Below, piece after piece: positions 51,477-63,400 of a stretch of 64,000 nucleotides of DNA. The position numbers and the translations under genes were made by a program. The stretch lies in the NCBI GenBank assembly GCA_038087875.1, contig CM075999.1:622001-686000 (forward strand). Reading direction: 5' to 3'. The stretch is from Malacoraja senta. Lineage: Eukaryota. Below the pieces are notes generated by a model. It saw only the letters and a program-made list of their open reading frames with translations. It had not been told where the DNA came from and did no database searches. The number at the start of each line of letters is the position of its first letter. The first letter of the stretch is position 1.

Positions 51477-53964
51477 GGGCAGTTCCATAAATATGTCAAC
51501 CAGTAGGCCACATTTTCAAAATGATCAAATTGGTTCAAATGTTATATCATTTTAAAGATAAAGATGTGAACTATCAAAATATGTAAGTTACAGATACACT
51601 GGACCAAGTTCAAGGTCACCAGACTGCTCCGACGGAAGCATTCAACGACAGCCAATATATTGCCACTTGCATGTACTAATTAATTTCTTGTTTTTTCTAC
51701 AAGAAAATGAAGTGAATTATGTCACTCACTATGATAGATATAAACTGCATAACCAATGTATCCATGATCATACATTAGAAAATGTGAAACTTTTTAAAGT
51801 TATGATTTATTACTTATAATATTATATGTACTTTGGTCATGTACATCCGACACAAAAAAACTTGATTTTTAAATTTTACAAAAAGACAAAGAACCCAATT
51901 AACTGCAGGATCTCAATGCAAAGCAAGTTTTAGATCCTCTGCAAAGACTGTACATTAGATTTATTTAATTATCTCTAATTAAGGAAAAAATGTGTGGTCG
52001 GACGTACACTTTTTTTGTAAGTCCGACATCATATATTCATGTACGTCCCGCACGGCATTTATAATGAATACCTTTCTGCCATACTAATATGCCTTAAGGT
52101 CTAGTAATTACAGCACAATATCTCTGCATCATTATAAGTGTGTTGCACTATTATTAATAAAACTTTGTTTCCAACACAAGTTTACTAAGATCATAATTTC
52201 AATAGTGTGAAGCCGATGGAAAAGAGGCATTCTTGCATACTGTGGTGTGTTCAAACAGGTACACATCATGTAGGCCTTCATGCCTCATGATGTCATCCAG
52301 GCGTCTTAAGAATCTGAGACTGTCCTGCTGCTAAATGTGTCACTTTCAAGGCAACCTGAAGATATTTATGACTTGGATTCTACACTGTACGTCACTAGTT
52401 CCATAAAACGGCTTCACCAAAATTGAGCAACTGCCCAAAAGTGTTTCAAGCTTTAGCAGAACACACTTTTTGGCCATGTGCATTTGTGACAACACTTACA
52501 TGGACTACACTCTACTCTGCCATTTTGTCAACTATATATGTCCTGTCCCAAGATCAGGTGAGTTTAATTTTTTGTTTGTTTTACTAAATATCTGCATTAT
52601 CACTGTGAAGAATTCCCCAAAGGATGTTTTAGACTAGATGTAACTCAATATTTCTGTTTTTGTTATTTGTAATATAAAGCTGCAGTCAATGTATTTGTAA
52701 ATTAGCCATAAATCATAACATACTTCATCTAGAATACATATAGGACACTTTTGTGTTGATTACTGTATGAATTGAAAAATAATAAATCTTGAAATGTGTA
52801 AATGTTGCACAAAGAAAATATGAATTGAATAGTAGAGTGTTTCTTGCTAATATGTCTACAATTTTTTATTTCATTTTTTTTCTTAGTTGCTCAGTGTTTT
52901 TGTTTCTAATTCTGAGTCATTAAAATAAAAACAAAATTCACTTGTACAATGTGTGAGAGGAACGAAATAACAAATTTGTGAGAATGTTCTGCCATTGTTT
53001 GAAGGCATGACAATTTAGTAAGTCTATGCTAAAGTTGTTGGATTAAATGTTACTTTTACAGTTGCATTAACAGTATTCAATTTGTACTCCAATATACAGA
53101 ATTATATACCAGATCTCAAATTTATGAGCAGCTTTATTTTCAATTTAATAATTCTGAAGGGAAAAGATGTTCCAGATCTAATAACATGATCCCAATGCAC
53201 ACTGTACATTAAAATCTATTTGTCAAATACATTAAACCCATTTTAATGTTGAAGTGTTATCAAATATATGGTTAATAATTATTTTCTTTGTTTTGTGTTT
53301 GATGAGATTTCTTTTGTTTAAGTTTGATATCGTTTTGTTGAGTTTTGTGATATTTGTAATATTTGGTTGTTGTTCACAGCACTTAGAAACGTAAGGTATT
53401 GTATTAAGAGCTTTATAAATGTCATTAATATCATCAATAAGTAATGTTACCCATGGTGTGTTTCATTTGTCATGTAACACAATTTCAAGTAGTTAGTGAT
53501 GTAATAAGGGCTTAATTACCAACAAAATGTCTGCAACAAATAGACATGCACACATGTACGTCCGACACGACAGTACTTTACATCCGATATTGTACGTCTG
53601 ACACAAAGAAAAAACTTAATTATTCATTACTTGAAAGTAGAAATGACACATTATTCTTGCCATTTCTCATCATTTGACATCTAACTGAAATGGTTATGAG
53701 TGATCTTTGAGAAAAAGCCAGTATACTTCACAGAGATTTTCAGTTGAATTTCCAATGTGAGAAAAACACACTTTTCTGTACACGTCCGACCACATGGTGT
53801 TTTTAAATTAGTACAAGGTCATTATGGTCATTATGGTGTTTGTACGATATTTATATCTATAATGTCACATAATAGTCAAATAAAAATTCCTTGTTTGTAA
53901 TTATGTTTCCATTGACAACACATTTAAGTGTCTGAAATGTACATCCGAAATTATGGAATTGCCC
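51477..53964. mobile_element. AT-rich non-autonomous DNA transposon with short TIRs and subterminal repeats
   Basis: GGGCAGTTCCATAA…TTATGGAATTGCCC. It interrupts the unit sequence TTTACCTGA|ACCTAAA. TGTACGTCCGAC-like motifs are reiterated near both ends. No ORF of 60 aa or more. Confidence 0.85.
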
Positions 53965-54256
53965 TGAACCTAAAATTTCCACATTTCCAGAAACCACTGT
54001 ACCAATAGAATAAGTTAACATGTAATCGCCATATATATTTCATGACAAATGCTGCTGGCATATCTTCTGTCAAAAAACGCACACGTGATGTTTCCAAATT
54101 CTTTGGTCCCTTGAAAACACATGCGGCCTACTTCCCAGAATAGCCAAGAACATTATCACGTTGATACAAAAAAATCCAAAATTGTAGTTCAATGTATTTT
54201 CTCCCCGAAAGATTCGTCTTTAGATTTAGTTGAACCTAAAATCTCCACCTTTCCAG

Positions 54257-54415
54257 AAATCACTGTACCATCTACAAGTACAGAAGTAACTACAACAGCT
54301 TCAAGCACCACATTAGTTCCCACATCAACGACAATAGAAACAACTACAGGCAGCACAAGTGCATCTACAACAGAAGCTACCACCACCTTCACGACCACAC
54401 CACTTACAACCACCG
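54257..54415 (+). CDS. Mucin repeat exon (159 nt, phase 1-1)
   Basis: CCAG/GTGAGT sites, open frame EITVPSTSTEV…PLTTT. Confidence 0.8.
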
Positions 54416-54740
54416 GTGAGTCCAGCATGCTACAGTAATGCAAAATAAATTTGTTCCTTGCACATCCAGTGAATAAGAATCATTACAATAGAACAATGAA
54501 CATGGATTGGCCATGTGTGTTCCATAGCATATAATGTTGGCATATCTTCTGTCAAAAACACCACGGATATTGTTTCCAAATTCTTTGGTCCCTTGAAAAC
54601 AAATACGGCCTTCTGTCCAGAATATTCAACAAAATTATCATGTTGATACAAAAAAAAGCAAAATTATTGTTCAATACATTTTCTGCCCTAATGACTTCAG
54701 TCTTTAAATTTACCTGAATCAAAAATCTCCACCTTTCCAG

Positions 54741-54899
54741 AAACCACTGTACCATCTACAACTACAGACGTAACTACAACAGCTTCAAGCACCACATTAG
54801 TTCCCACATCAACGACAATAGAATCAACTACAGGCAGTACAAGTGCATCTACAACAGAAGCTACCACCACCTTCATAACCACACCACTTACATCCACCG
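54741..54899 (+). CDS. Mucin repeat exon (159 nt, phase 1-1)
   Basis: CCAG/GTGAGT sites, open frame. Confidence 0.8.
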
Positions 54900-55500
54900 G
54901 TGAGTCCAGAATGCTCCAGTAATGCAAAATAAATTTGTTCCTTACACATCCAGTGAATAAGAATCATTACAATAGAACAAGTTAACATGGATTGGCCATG
55001 TGTTCCATGGCATATACTGTTGGCATATCTTCTATCAAAAACACCACAGATGATGTTTCCAAATGATTTTGTCTCTTGAAAACATATGCAGCCAACTATC
55101 CAGTACATTTCACAAATTATCACGTTGATACAAAAAGATCCAAAATGACAATTCAATGCATTTTCTGCCCTTAAGATTCCAGTATTTAAATTTACCTGAA
55201 CATAAAATCTCCACATTTCCAGAAACCACTGTACCAATAGAATAAGTTAACATGTAATCGCCATATATATTCCATGACAAATGCTGCTGGCATATCTTCT
55301 GTCCAAAACCGCACACGTAATGTTTACAAATTGTTTGGTCCCTTGAAAACACATGCGGCCTACTTCCCAGAATAGTCAAGAACATTATCACGTTGATACA
55401 AAAAAAAGTTAAATTGTAGTTCAATACATTTGCATACATGACTTCAATACATGACTTCAGTCTTTAAATTTAACGGAATAAAAAATCACCACCTTTCCAG

Positions 55501-55659
55501 AAACCACTCTACCATCTACAAGTACAGAGGCAACTACAACAGCTTCAAGCACCGCATCAGTTCCCACATCAACGACAATAGAAACGACTACAGGCAGCAC
55601 AAGAGCATCTACAACAGAAGCTACCACCACCTTCACGACCACACCACTTACAACCACCG
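55501..55659 (+). CDS. Mucin repeat exon (159 nt, phase 1-1)
   Basis: CCAG/GTGAGT sites, open frame. Confidence 0.8.
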
Positions 55660-55985
55660 GTGAGTCCGGTGTGCAAGAGTAATGCAAAATAAATATGTTC
55701 CTTACAAATGCAGTGAATAAGAATCATTACAATAGAAAAAGTTAACATGGATTGGTCATGTGTGTTCCATGGTATATACTGTTGCATATCTTCTGTCAAA
55801 AACACCACAGATTTTGTTTCCAAATTCTTTGGTCCCTCAAAAACAAATGCGGTCTACTTTCCAGAATATTTAAGAAAATTATCACGTTGATACAAAAAAA
55901 AAGTTAAATTGTAGTTCAATACATTTTACGCCCTCATGACTTCAGTCTTTAAGTTTACCTATATCAAAAATCTCCACCTTTCCAG

Positions 55986-56144
55986 AAACCACTGTACCAT
56001 CTACAACTACAGAAGTAACTACAACAGCTTCAAGCACCACATTAGTTCCCACATCAACGACAATAGAAACAACTACAGGCAGCACAAGTGCATCTACAAC
56101 AGAAGCTACCACCACTTTCACGACCACACCACCTACAACCACCG
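55986..56144 (+). CDS. Mucin repeat exon (159 nt, phase 1-1)
   Basis: CCAG/GTGAGT sites; ETTVPSTTTEVTTTASSTTLVPTSTTIETTTGSTSASTTEATTTFTTTPPTTT. Confidence 0.8.
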
Positions 56145-56735
56145 GTGAGTCCAGAATGCTCCGGTAATGCAAAATAAATTAGTTCCTTACACATGCAGTG
56201 AGTAAGAATCATTTCAATAGAACAAGTTAACATGGATTGGCCATAAGTTCCATGGCATATACTGTTGGCATACCTTCTATCAAAAACACCACAGATAATA
56301 TTTCCAAATTCTTTTGTCTCTTGAAAACATATGCGGCCAACTATCCAGAATATTCCACAAATTATCACGTTGATACCAAAAGATGCAAAATTTCAATTCA
56401 ATGCATTTTCTGCCCTTAAGATTCCAGTATTTAAATTTACCTGAACCTAAAATCTCCACATTTCCAGAAACCACTGTACCATTAGAATAAGTTAACATGT
56501 AAACGCCATATATATTCCATGACAAATGCTGCTGGCATATCTTCTGTTAAAAAACGCACACGTGATGTTTCCTAATTCATTGGTACCTTGAAAACACATG
56601 CGGCCTACATCCCAGAATAGTCAAGAACATTACCACGTTGATACAAAAAAATCCAAAATTGTAGTTCAATGTATTTTCTCCCCGAAAGACTCCAGTCTTT
56701 AAATTTAGTTGAACCTAAAATCTCCACCTATCCAG

Positions 56736-56894
56736 AAACTACTGTACCATCTACAACTACAGAAGTAACTACAACAGCTTCAAGCACCACATTAGTTCCC
56801 ACATCAACGACAATAGAAACAACTACAGGCAGCACAAGTGCATCTACAACAGAAGCTACCACCACTTTCACAACCACACCACTTACAACCACCG
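56736..56894 (+). CDS. Mucin repeat exon (159 nt, phase 1-1)
   Basis: CCAG/GTGAGT sites, open frame. Confidence 0.8.
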
Positions 56895-57219
56895 GTGAGT
56901 CCAGAATATTACAGTAATGCAAAATAAATTTGTTCCTTACACATGCAGTGAATAAGAATCATTACAATAGGAAAAGTTAACATGGATTGGCCATGTGTGT
57001 TCCATGGCATATACTGTTGCATATCTTCTGTCAAAAACACCACAGATTTTCTTTCCAAATTCTTTGGTCCATTGAAAACAACTACGGCCTACTGCCCAGA
57101 ATATTCAAGATAATTATCACGTTGATACAAAAAAAAGCAAAATTGTAGTTCAATACATTTTCTGCCCTGATGACTTCAGTCTTTAAATTTACCTGAATCA
57201 AAAATTTCCACCTTTCCAG

Positions 57220-57378
57220 AAACCACTGTACCATCTACAACTACAGAAGTAACTACAACAGCTTCAAGCACCACATCAGTACCCACATCAACAACAATAG
57301 AAACAACTACAGGCAGCACAAGTGCATCTACAACAGAAGCTACCACCACCTTCAAGACCACACCAGTTACAACCACCG
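57220..57378 (+). CDS. Mucin repeat exon (159 nt, phase 1-1)
   Basis: CCAG/GTGAGT sites, open frame. Confidence 0.8.
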
Positions 57379-57704
57379 GTGAGTCCAGAATGCTCCAGTA
57401 ATGCAAAATAAATTAGTTCCTTACAAATGCAGTGAATAAGAATCATTACAATAGAACAAGTTAACATGGATTGGTCATGTGTGTTCCATGGCATATACTG
57501 TTGCATATCTTCTGTCAAAAACACCACAGATTTTGTTTCCAAATTCTTTGGTCCCTCAAAAACAAATGCGGTCTACTTTCCAGAATATTTAAGAAAATTA
57601 TCACGTTGATACAAAAAAAAAGTTAAATTGTAGTTCAATACATTTTACGCCCTCATGACTTCAGTCTTTAAGTTTACCTATATCAAAAATCTCCACCTTT
57701 CCAG

Positions 57705-57863
57705 AAACCACTGTACCATCTACAACTACAGAAGTAACTACAACAGCTTCAAGCACCACATTAGTTCCCACATCAACGACAATAGAAACAACTACAGGCA
57801 GCACAAGTGCATCTACAACAGAAGCTACCACCACTTTCACGACCACACCACCTACAACCACCG
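57705..57863 (+). CDS. Mucin repeat exon (159 nt, phase 1-1)
   Basis: CCAG/GTGAGT sites, open frame. Confidence 0.8.
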
Positions 57864-58454
57864 GTGAGTCCAGAATGCTCCGGTAATGCAAAATAAATTA
57901 GTTCCTTACACATGCAGTGAGTAAGAATCATTTCAATAAAACAAGTTAACATGGATTGGCCATAAGTTCCATGGCATATACTGTTGGCATACCTTCTATC
58001 AAAAACACCACAGATAATATTTCCAAATTCTTTTGTCTCTTGAAAACATATGCGGCCAACTATCCAGAATATTCCACAAATTATCACGTTGATACCAAAA
58101 GATGCAAAATTTCAATTCAATGCATTTTCTGCCCTTAAGATTCCAGTATTTAAATTTACCTGAACCTAAAATCTCCACATTTCCAGAAACCACTGTACCA
58201 TTAGAATAAGTTAACATGTAAACGCCATATATATTCCATGACAAATGCTGCTGGCATATCTTCTGTTAAAAAACGCACACGTGATGTTTCCTAATTCATT
58301 GGTCCCTTGAAAACACATGCGGCCTACATCCCAGAATAGTCAAGAACATTACCACGTTGATACAAAAAAATCCCAAATTGTAGTTCAATGTATTTTCTCC
58401 CCGAAAGACTCCAGTCTTTAACTTTAGTTGAACCTAAAATCTCCACCTTTCCAG

Positions 58455-58613
58455 AAACTACTGTACCATCTACAACTACAGAAGTAACTACAACAGCTTC
58501 AAGCACCACATTAGTTCCCACATCAACGACAATAGAAACAACTACAGGCAGCAGAAGTGCATCTACAACAGAAGCTACCACCACTTTCACAACCACACCA
58601 CTTACAACCACCG
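58455..58613 (+). CDS. Mucin repeat exon (159 nt, phase 1-1)
   Basis: CCAG/GTGAGT sites, open frame. Confidence 0.8.
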
Positions 58614-58937
58614 GTGAGTCCAGAATGTTACAGTAATGCAAAATAAATTTGTTCCTTACACATGCAGTGAATAAAAATCATTACAATAGGAAAAGTTAAC
58701 ATGGATTGGCCATGTGTGTTCCATGGCATATACTGTTGCATATCTTCTGTCAAAAACACCACAGATTTGTTTCCAAATTCTTTGGTCCCTTTAAAACAAA
58801 TGCGGTCTACTTTCCAGAATATTTAAGAGAATTATCACGTTGATACAAAAAAAAGCAAAATTGTAGTTCAATACATTTTACGCCCTCATGACTTCAGTCT
58901 TTAAATTTACCTGAATCAAAAATTTCCACCTTTCCAG

Positions 58938-59096
58938 AAACCACTGTACCATCTACAACTACAGAAGTAACTACAACAGCTTCAAGCACCACATTAGTTC
59001 CCACATCAACGACAATAGAAACAACTACAGGCAGTACAAGTGCATCTACAACAGAAGCTACCACCACCTTCATGACCACACCACTTACATCCACCG
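58938..59096 (+). CDS. Mucin repeat exon (159 nt, phase 1-1)
   Basis: CCAG/GTGAGT sites, open frame. Confidence 0.8.
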
Positions 59097-59422
59097 GTGA
59101 GTCCAGAATGCTCCAGTAATGCAAAATAAATTTGTTCCTTACACATCCAGTGAATAAGAATCATTACAATAGAACAAGTTAACATGGATTGGTCATGTGT
59201 GTTCCATGGCATATACTGTTGCATATCTTCTGTCAAAAACACCACAGATTTTGTTTCCAAATTCTTTGGTCCCTCAAAAACAAATGCGGTCTACTTTCCA
59301 GAATATTTAAGAAAATTATCACGTTGATACAAAAAAAAAGTTAAATTGTAGTTCAATACATTTTACGCCCTCATGACTTCAGTCTTTAAGTTTACCTATA
59401 TCAAAAATCTCCACCTTTCCAG

Positions 59423-59581
59423 AAACCACTGTACCATCTACAACTACAGAAGTAACTACAACAGCTTCAAGCACCACATTAGTTCCCACATCAACGACAA
59501 TAGAAACAACTACAGGCAGCACAAGTGCATCTACAACAGAAGCTACCACCACTTTCACGACCACACCACCTACAACCACCG
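59423..59581 (+). CDS. Mucin repeat exon (159 nt, phase 1-1)
   Basis: CCAG/GTGAGT sites, open frame. Confidence 0.8.
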
Positions 59582-60172
59582 GTGAGTCCAGAATGCTCCG
59601 GTAATGCAAAATAAATTAGTTCCTTACACATGCAGTGAGTAAGAATCATTTCAATAAAACAAGTTAACATGGATTGGCCATAAGTTCCATGGCATATACT
59701 GTTGGCATACCTTCTATCAAAAACACCACAGATAATATTTCCAAATTCTTTTGTCTCTTGAAAACATATGCGGCCAACTATCCAGAATATTCCACAAATT
59801 ATCACGTTGATACCAAAAGATGCAAAATTTCAATTCAATGCATTTTCTGCCCTTAAGATTCCAGTATTTAAATTTACCTGAACCTAAAATCTCCACATTT
59901 CCAGAAACCACTGTACCATTAGAATAAGTTAACATGTAAATGCCATATATATTCCATGACAAATGCTGCTGGCATATCTTCTGTTAAAAAACGCACACGT
60001 GATGTTTCCTAATTCATTGGTCCCTTGAAAACACATGCGGCCTACATCCCAGAATAGTCAAGAACATTACCACGTTGATACAAAAAAATCCAAAATTGTA
60101 GTTCAATGTATTTTCTCCCCGAAAGACTCCAGTCTTTAACTTTAGTTGAACCTAAAATCTCCACCTTTCCAG

Positions 60173-60331
60173 AAACTACTGTACCATCTACAACTACAGA
60201 AGTAACTACAACAGCTTCAAGCACCACATTAGTTCCCACATCAACGACAATAGAAACAACTACAGGCAGCACAAGTGCATCTACAACAGAAGCTACCACC
60301 ACTTTCACAACCACACCACTTACAACCACCG
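60173..60331 (+). CDS. Mucin repeat exon (159 nt, phase 1-1)
   Basis: CCAG/GTGAGT sites, open frame. Confidence 0.8.
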
Positions 60332-60655
60332 GTGAGTCCAGAATGTTACAGTAATGCAAAATAAATTTGTTCCTTACACATGCAGTGAATAAAAATCATT
60401 ACAATAGGAAAAGTTAACATGGATTGGCCATGTGTGTTCCATGGCATATACTGTTGCATATCTTCTGTCAAAAACACCACAGATTTGTTTCAAAATTCTT
60501 TGGTCCCTTTAAAACAAATGCGGTCTACTTTCCAGAATATTTAAGAGAATTATCACGTTGATACAAAAAAAAGCAAAATTGTAGTTCAATACATTTTACG
60601 CCCTCATGACTTCAGTCTTTAAATTTACCTGAATCAAAAATTTCCACCTTTCCAG

Positions 60656-60814
60656 AAACCACTGTACCATCTACAACTACAGAAGTAACTACAACAGCTT
60701 CAAGCACCACATTAGTTCCCACATCAACGACAATAGAAACAACTACAGGCAGTACAAGTGCATCTACAACAGAAGCTACCACCACCTTCATGACCACACC
60801 ACTTACATCCACCG
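60656..60814 (+). CDS. Mucin repeat exon (159 nt, phase 1-1)
   Basis: CCAG/GTGAGT sites, open frame. Confidence 0.8.
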
Positions 60815-61415
60815 GTGAGTCCAGAATGCTACAGTAATGCAAAATAAATTTGTTCCTTACACATCCAGTGAATAAGAATCATTACAATAGAACAAGTTAA
60901 CATGGATTGGCCATGTGTTCCATGGCATATACTGTTGGCATATCTTCTATCAAAAACACCACAGATGATGTTTCCAAATTATTTTGTCTCTTGAAAACAT
61001 ATGCAGCCAACTATCCAGTACATTCCACAAATTATCACGTTGATACAAAAAGATCCAAAATGACTATTCAATGCATTTTCTGCCCTTAAGATTCCAGTAT
61101 TTAAATTTACCTGAACCTAAAATCTCCACATTTCCAGAAACCACTGTACCAATAGAATAAGTTAACATGTAATCGCCATATATATGCCATGACAAATGCT
61201 GCTGGCATATCTTCTGTCCAAAACCGCACACGTAATGTTTACAAATTCTTTGGTCCCTTGAAAACACATGCGGCCTACTTCCCAGAATATTCAAGACCAT
61301 TATCACGTTGATACAAAAAAAAGTAAAATTGTAGTTCAATACATTTCAATACATGACTTCAATACATGACTTCAGTCTTTAAATTTAACGGAATAAAAAA
61401 TCACCACCTTTCCAG

Positions 61416-61493
61416 AAACCACTCTACCATCTACAAGTACAGAGGCAACTACAACAGCTTCAAGCACCGCATCAGTTCCCACATCAACGACAA
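61416..61493 (+). pseudogene. Half mucin exon, donor deleted
   Basis: Exon sequence stops at …TCAACGACAA and joins intron sequence AATAAATTTGTTCC. Confidence 0.8.
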
Positions 61494-61790
61494 AATAAAT
61501 TTGTTCCTTACACATGCAGTGAATAAGAATCATTACAATAGGAAAAGTTAACATGGATTGGCCATGTGTGTTCCATGGCATATACTGTTGCATATCTTCT
61601 GTCAAAAACACCACAAATTTTCTTTCCAAACTCTTTGGTCCATTGAAAACAACTACGGCCTACTGCCCAGAATATTCAAGATAATTATCACGTTGATACA
61701 AAAAAAAGCAAAATTGTAGTTCAATACATTTTCTGCCCTAATGACTTCAGTCTTTAAATTTACCTGAATCAAAAATCTCCACCTTTCCAG

Positions 61791-61949
61791 AAACCACTGT
61801 ACCATCTACAACTACAGAAGTAACTACAACAGCTTCAAGCACCACATCAGTACCCACATCAATGACAATAGAAACAACTACAGGCAGCACAAGTGCATCT
61901 ACAACAGAAGCTACCACCACCTTCACGACCACACCACTTACAACCACCG
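61791..61949 (+). CDS. Mucin repeat exon (159 nt, phase 1-1)
   Basis: CCAG/GTGAGT sites, open frame. Confidence 0.8.
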
Positions 61950-62273
61950 GTGAGTCCAGAATGCTCCAGTAATGCAAAATAAATTAGTTCCTTACAAATG
62001 CAGTGGAAAGAATCATTACAATAGAACAAGTTAACATGGATTGGCCATGTGTGTTCCATGGCATATACTGTTGCATATCTTCTGTCAAAAACACCACAGA
62101 TTTGTTTCCAAATTATTTGGTCCCTTTAAAACAAATGCGGTCTACTTTCCAGAATATTTAAGAGAATTATCACGTTGATACAAAAAAAAAGTTAAATTGT
62201 AGTTCAATACATTTTACGCCCTCATGACTTCAGTCTTTAAGTTTACCTGAATCAAAAATCTCCACCTTTCCAG

Positions 62274-62432
62274 AAACCACTGTACCGTCTACAACTACAG
62301 AAGTAACTACAACAGCTTCAAGCACCACATCAGTTCCCACATCAACGACAATAGAAACAACTACAGGCAGCACAAGTGCATCTACAACAGAAGCTACCAC
62401 CACCTTCACGACCACACCACTTATAACCACTG
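62274..62432 (+). CDS. Mucin repeat exon (159 nt, phase 1-1)
   Basis: CCAG/GTGAGT sites, open frame. Confidence 0.8.
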
Positions 62433-62757
62433 GTGAGTCCAGAATGCTACAGTAATGTAAAATAAATTTGTTCCTTACACATCCAGTGAATAAGAATCAT
62501 AACAATAGAACAAATTAACATGGATTGGCCATGTGTGTTCCATGGCATATACTGTTGCATAACTTCTGTAAAAAACACCACAGATTTTCTTTCCAAACTC
62601 TTTGGTCCATTGAAAACAAATACAGCCTACTGCCCAGAATATTCAAGATAATTATCATGTTGATACAAAAAAAAGCAAAATTGTAGTTCAATACATTTTC
62701 TGCCCTAATGACTTCAGTCTTTAAATTTACCTATATCAAAAATCTCCACTTTTCCAG

Positions 62758-62916
62758 AAACCACTGTACCATCTACAACTACAGAAGTAACTACAACAGC
62801 TTCAAGCACCACATCAGTACCCACATTAATGACAATAGAAACAACTACAGGCAGCACAAGTGCATCTACAACAGAAGCTACCACCACCTTCACGATCACA
62901 CCACTTACAACCACCG
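62758..62916 (+). CDS. Mucin repeat exon (159 nt, phase 1-1)
   Basis: CCAG/GTGAGT sites, open frame. Confidence 0.8.
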
Positions 62917-63241
62917 GTGAGTCCAGAATGCTCCCGTAATGCAAAATAAATTAGTTCCTTACACATGCAGTGAATAAGAATCATTACAATAGAACAAGTT
63001 AACATGGATTGGCCATGTGTGCTCCATGGCATATACTGTTGCATATCTTCTGTCAAAAACACCACAGATTTGTTTCCAAATTCTTTAGTCCCTTTAAAAC
63101 AAATGCGATCTACTTTCCAGAATATTTAAGAAAATTATCACGTTGATAGAAAAAAAAAGTTAAATTGTAGTTCAATACATTTTACGCCCTCATGACTTCA
63201 GTCTTTAAGTTTACTTGAATCAAAAATCTCCACCTTTCCAG

Positions 63242-63400
63242 AAACCACTGTACCGTCTACAACTACAGAAGTAACTACAACAGCTTCAAGCACCACATTA
63301 GTTCCCACATCAACAACAATAGAAACAACTACAGGCAGCACAAGTGCATCTACAACAGAAGCTACCACCACTTTCACGACCACACCACCTACAACCACCG
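63242..63400 (+). CDS. Mucin repeat exon (159 nt, phase 1-1)
   Basis: CCAG/GTGAGT sites, open frame. Confidence 0.8.
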
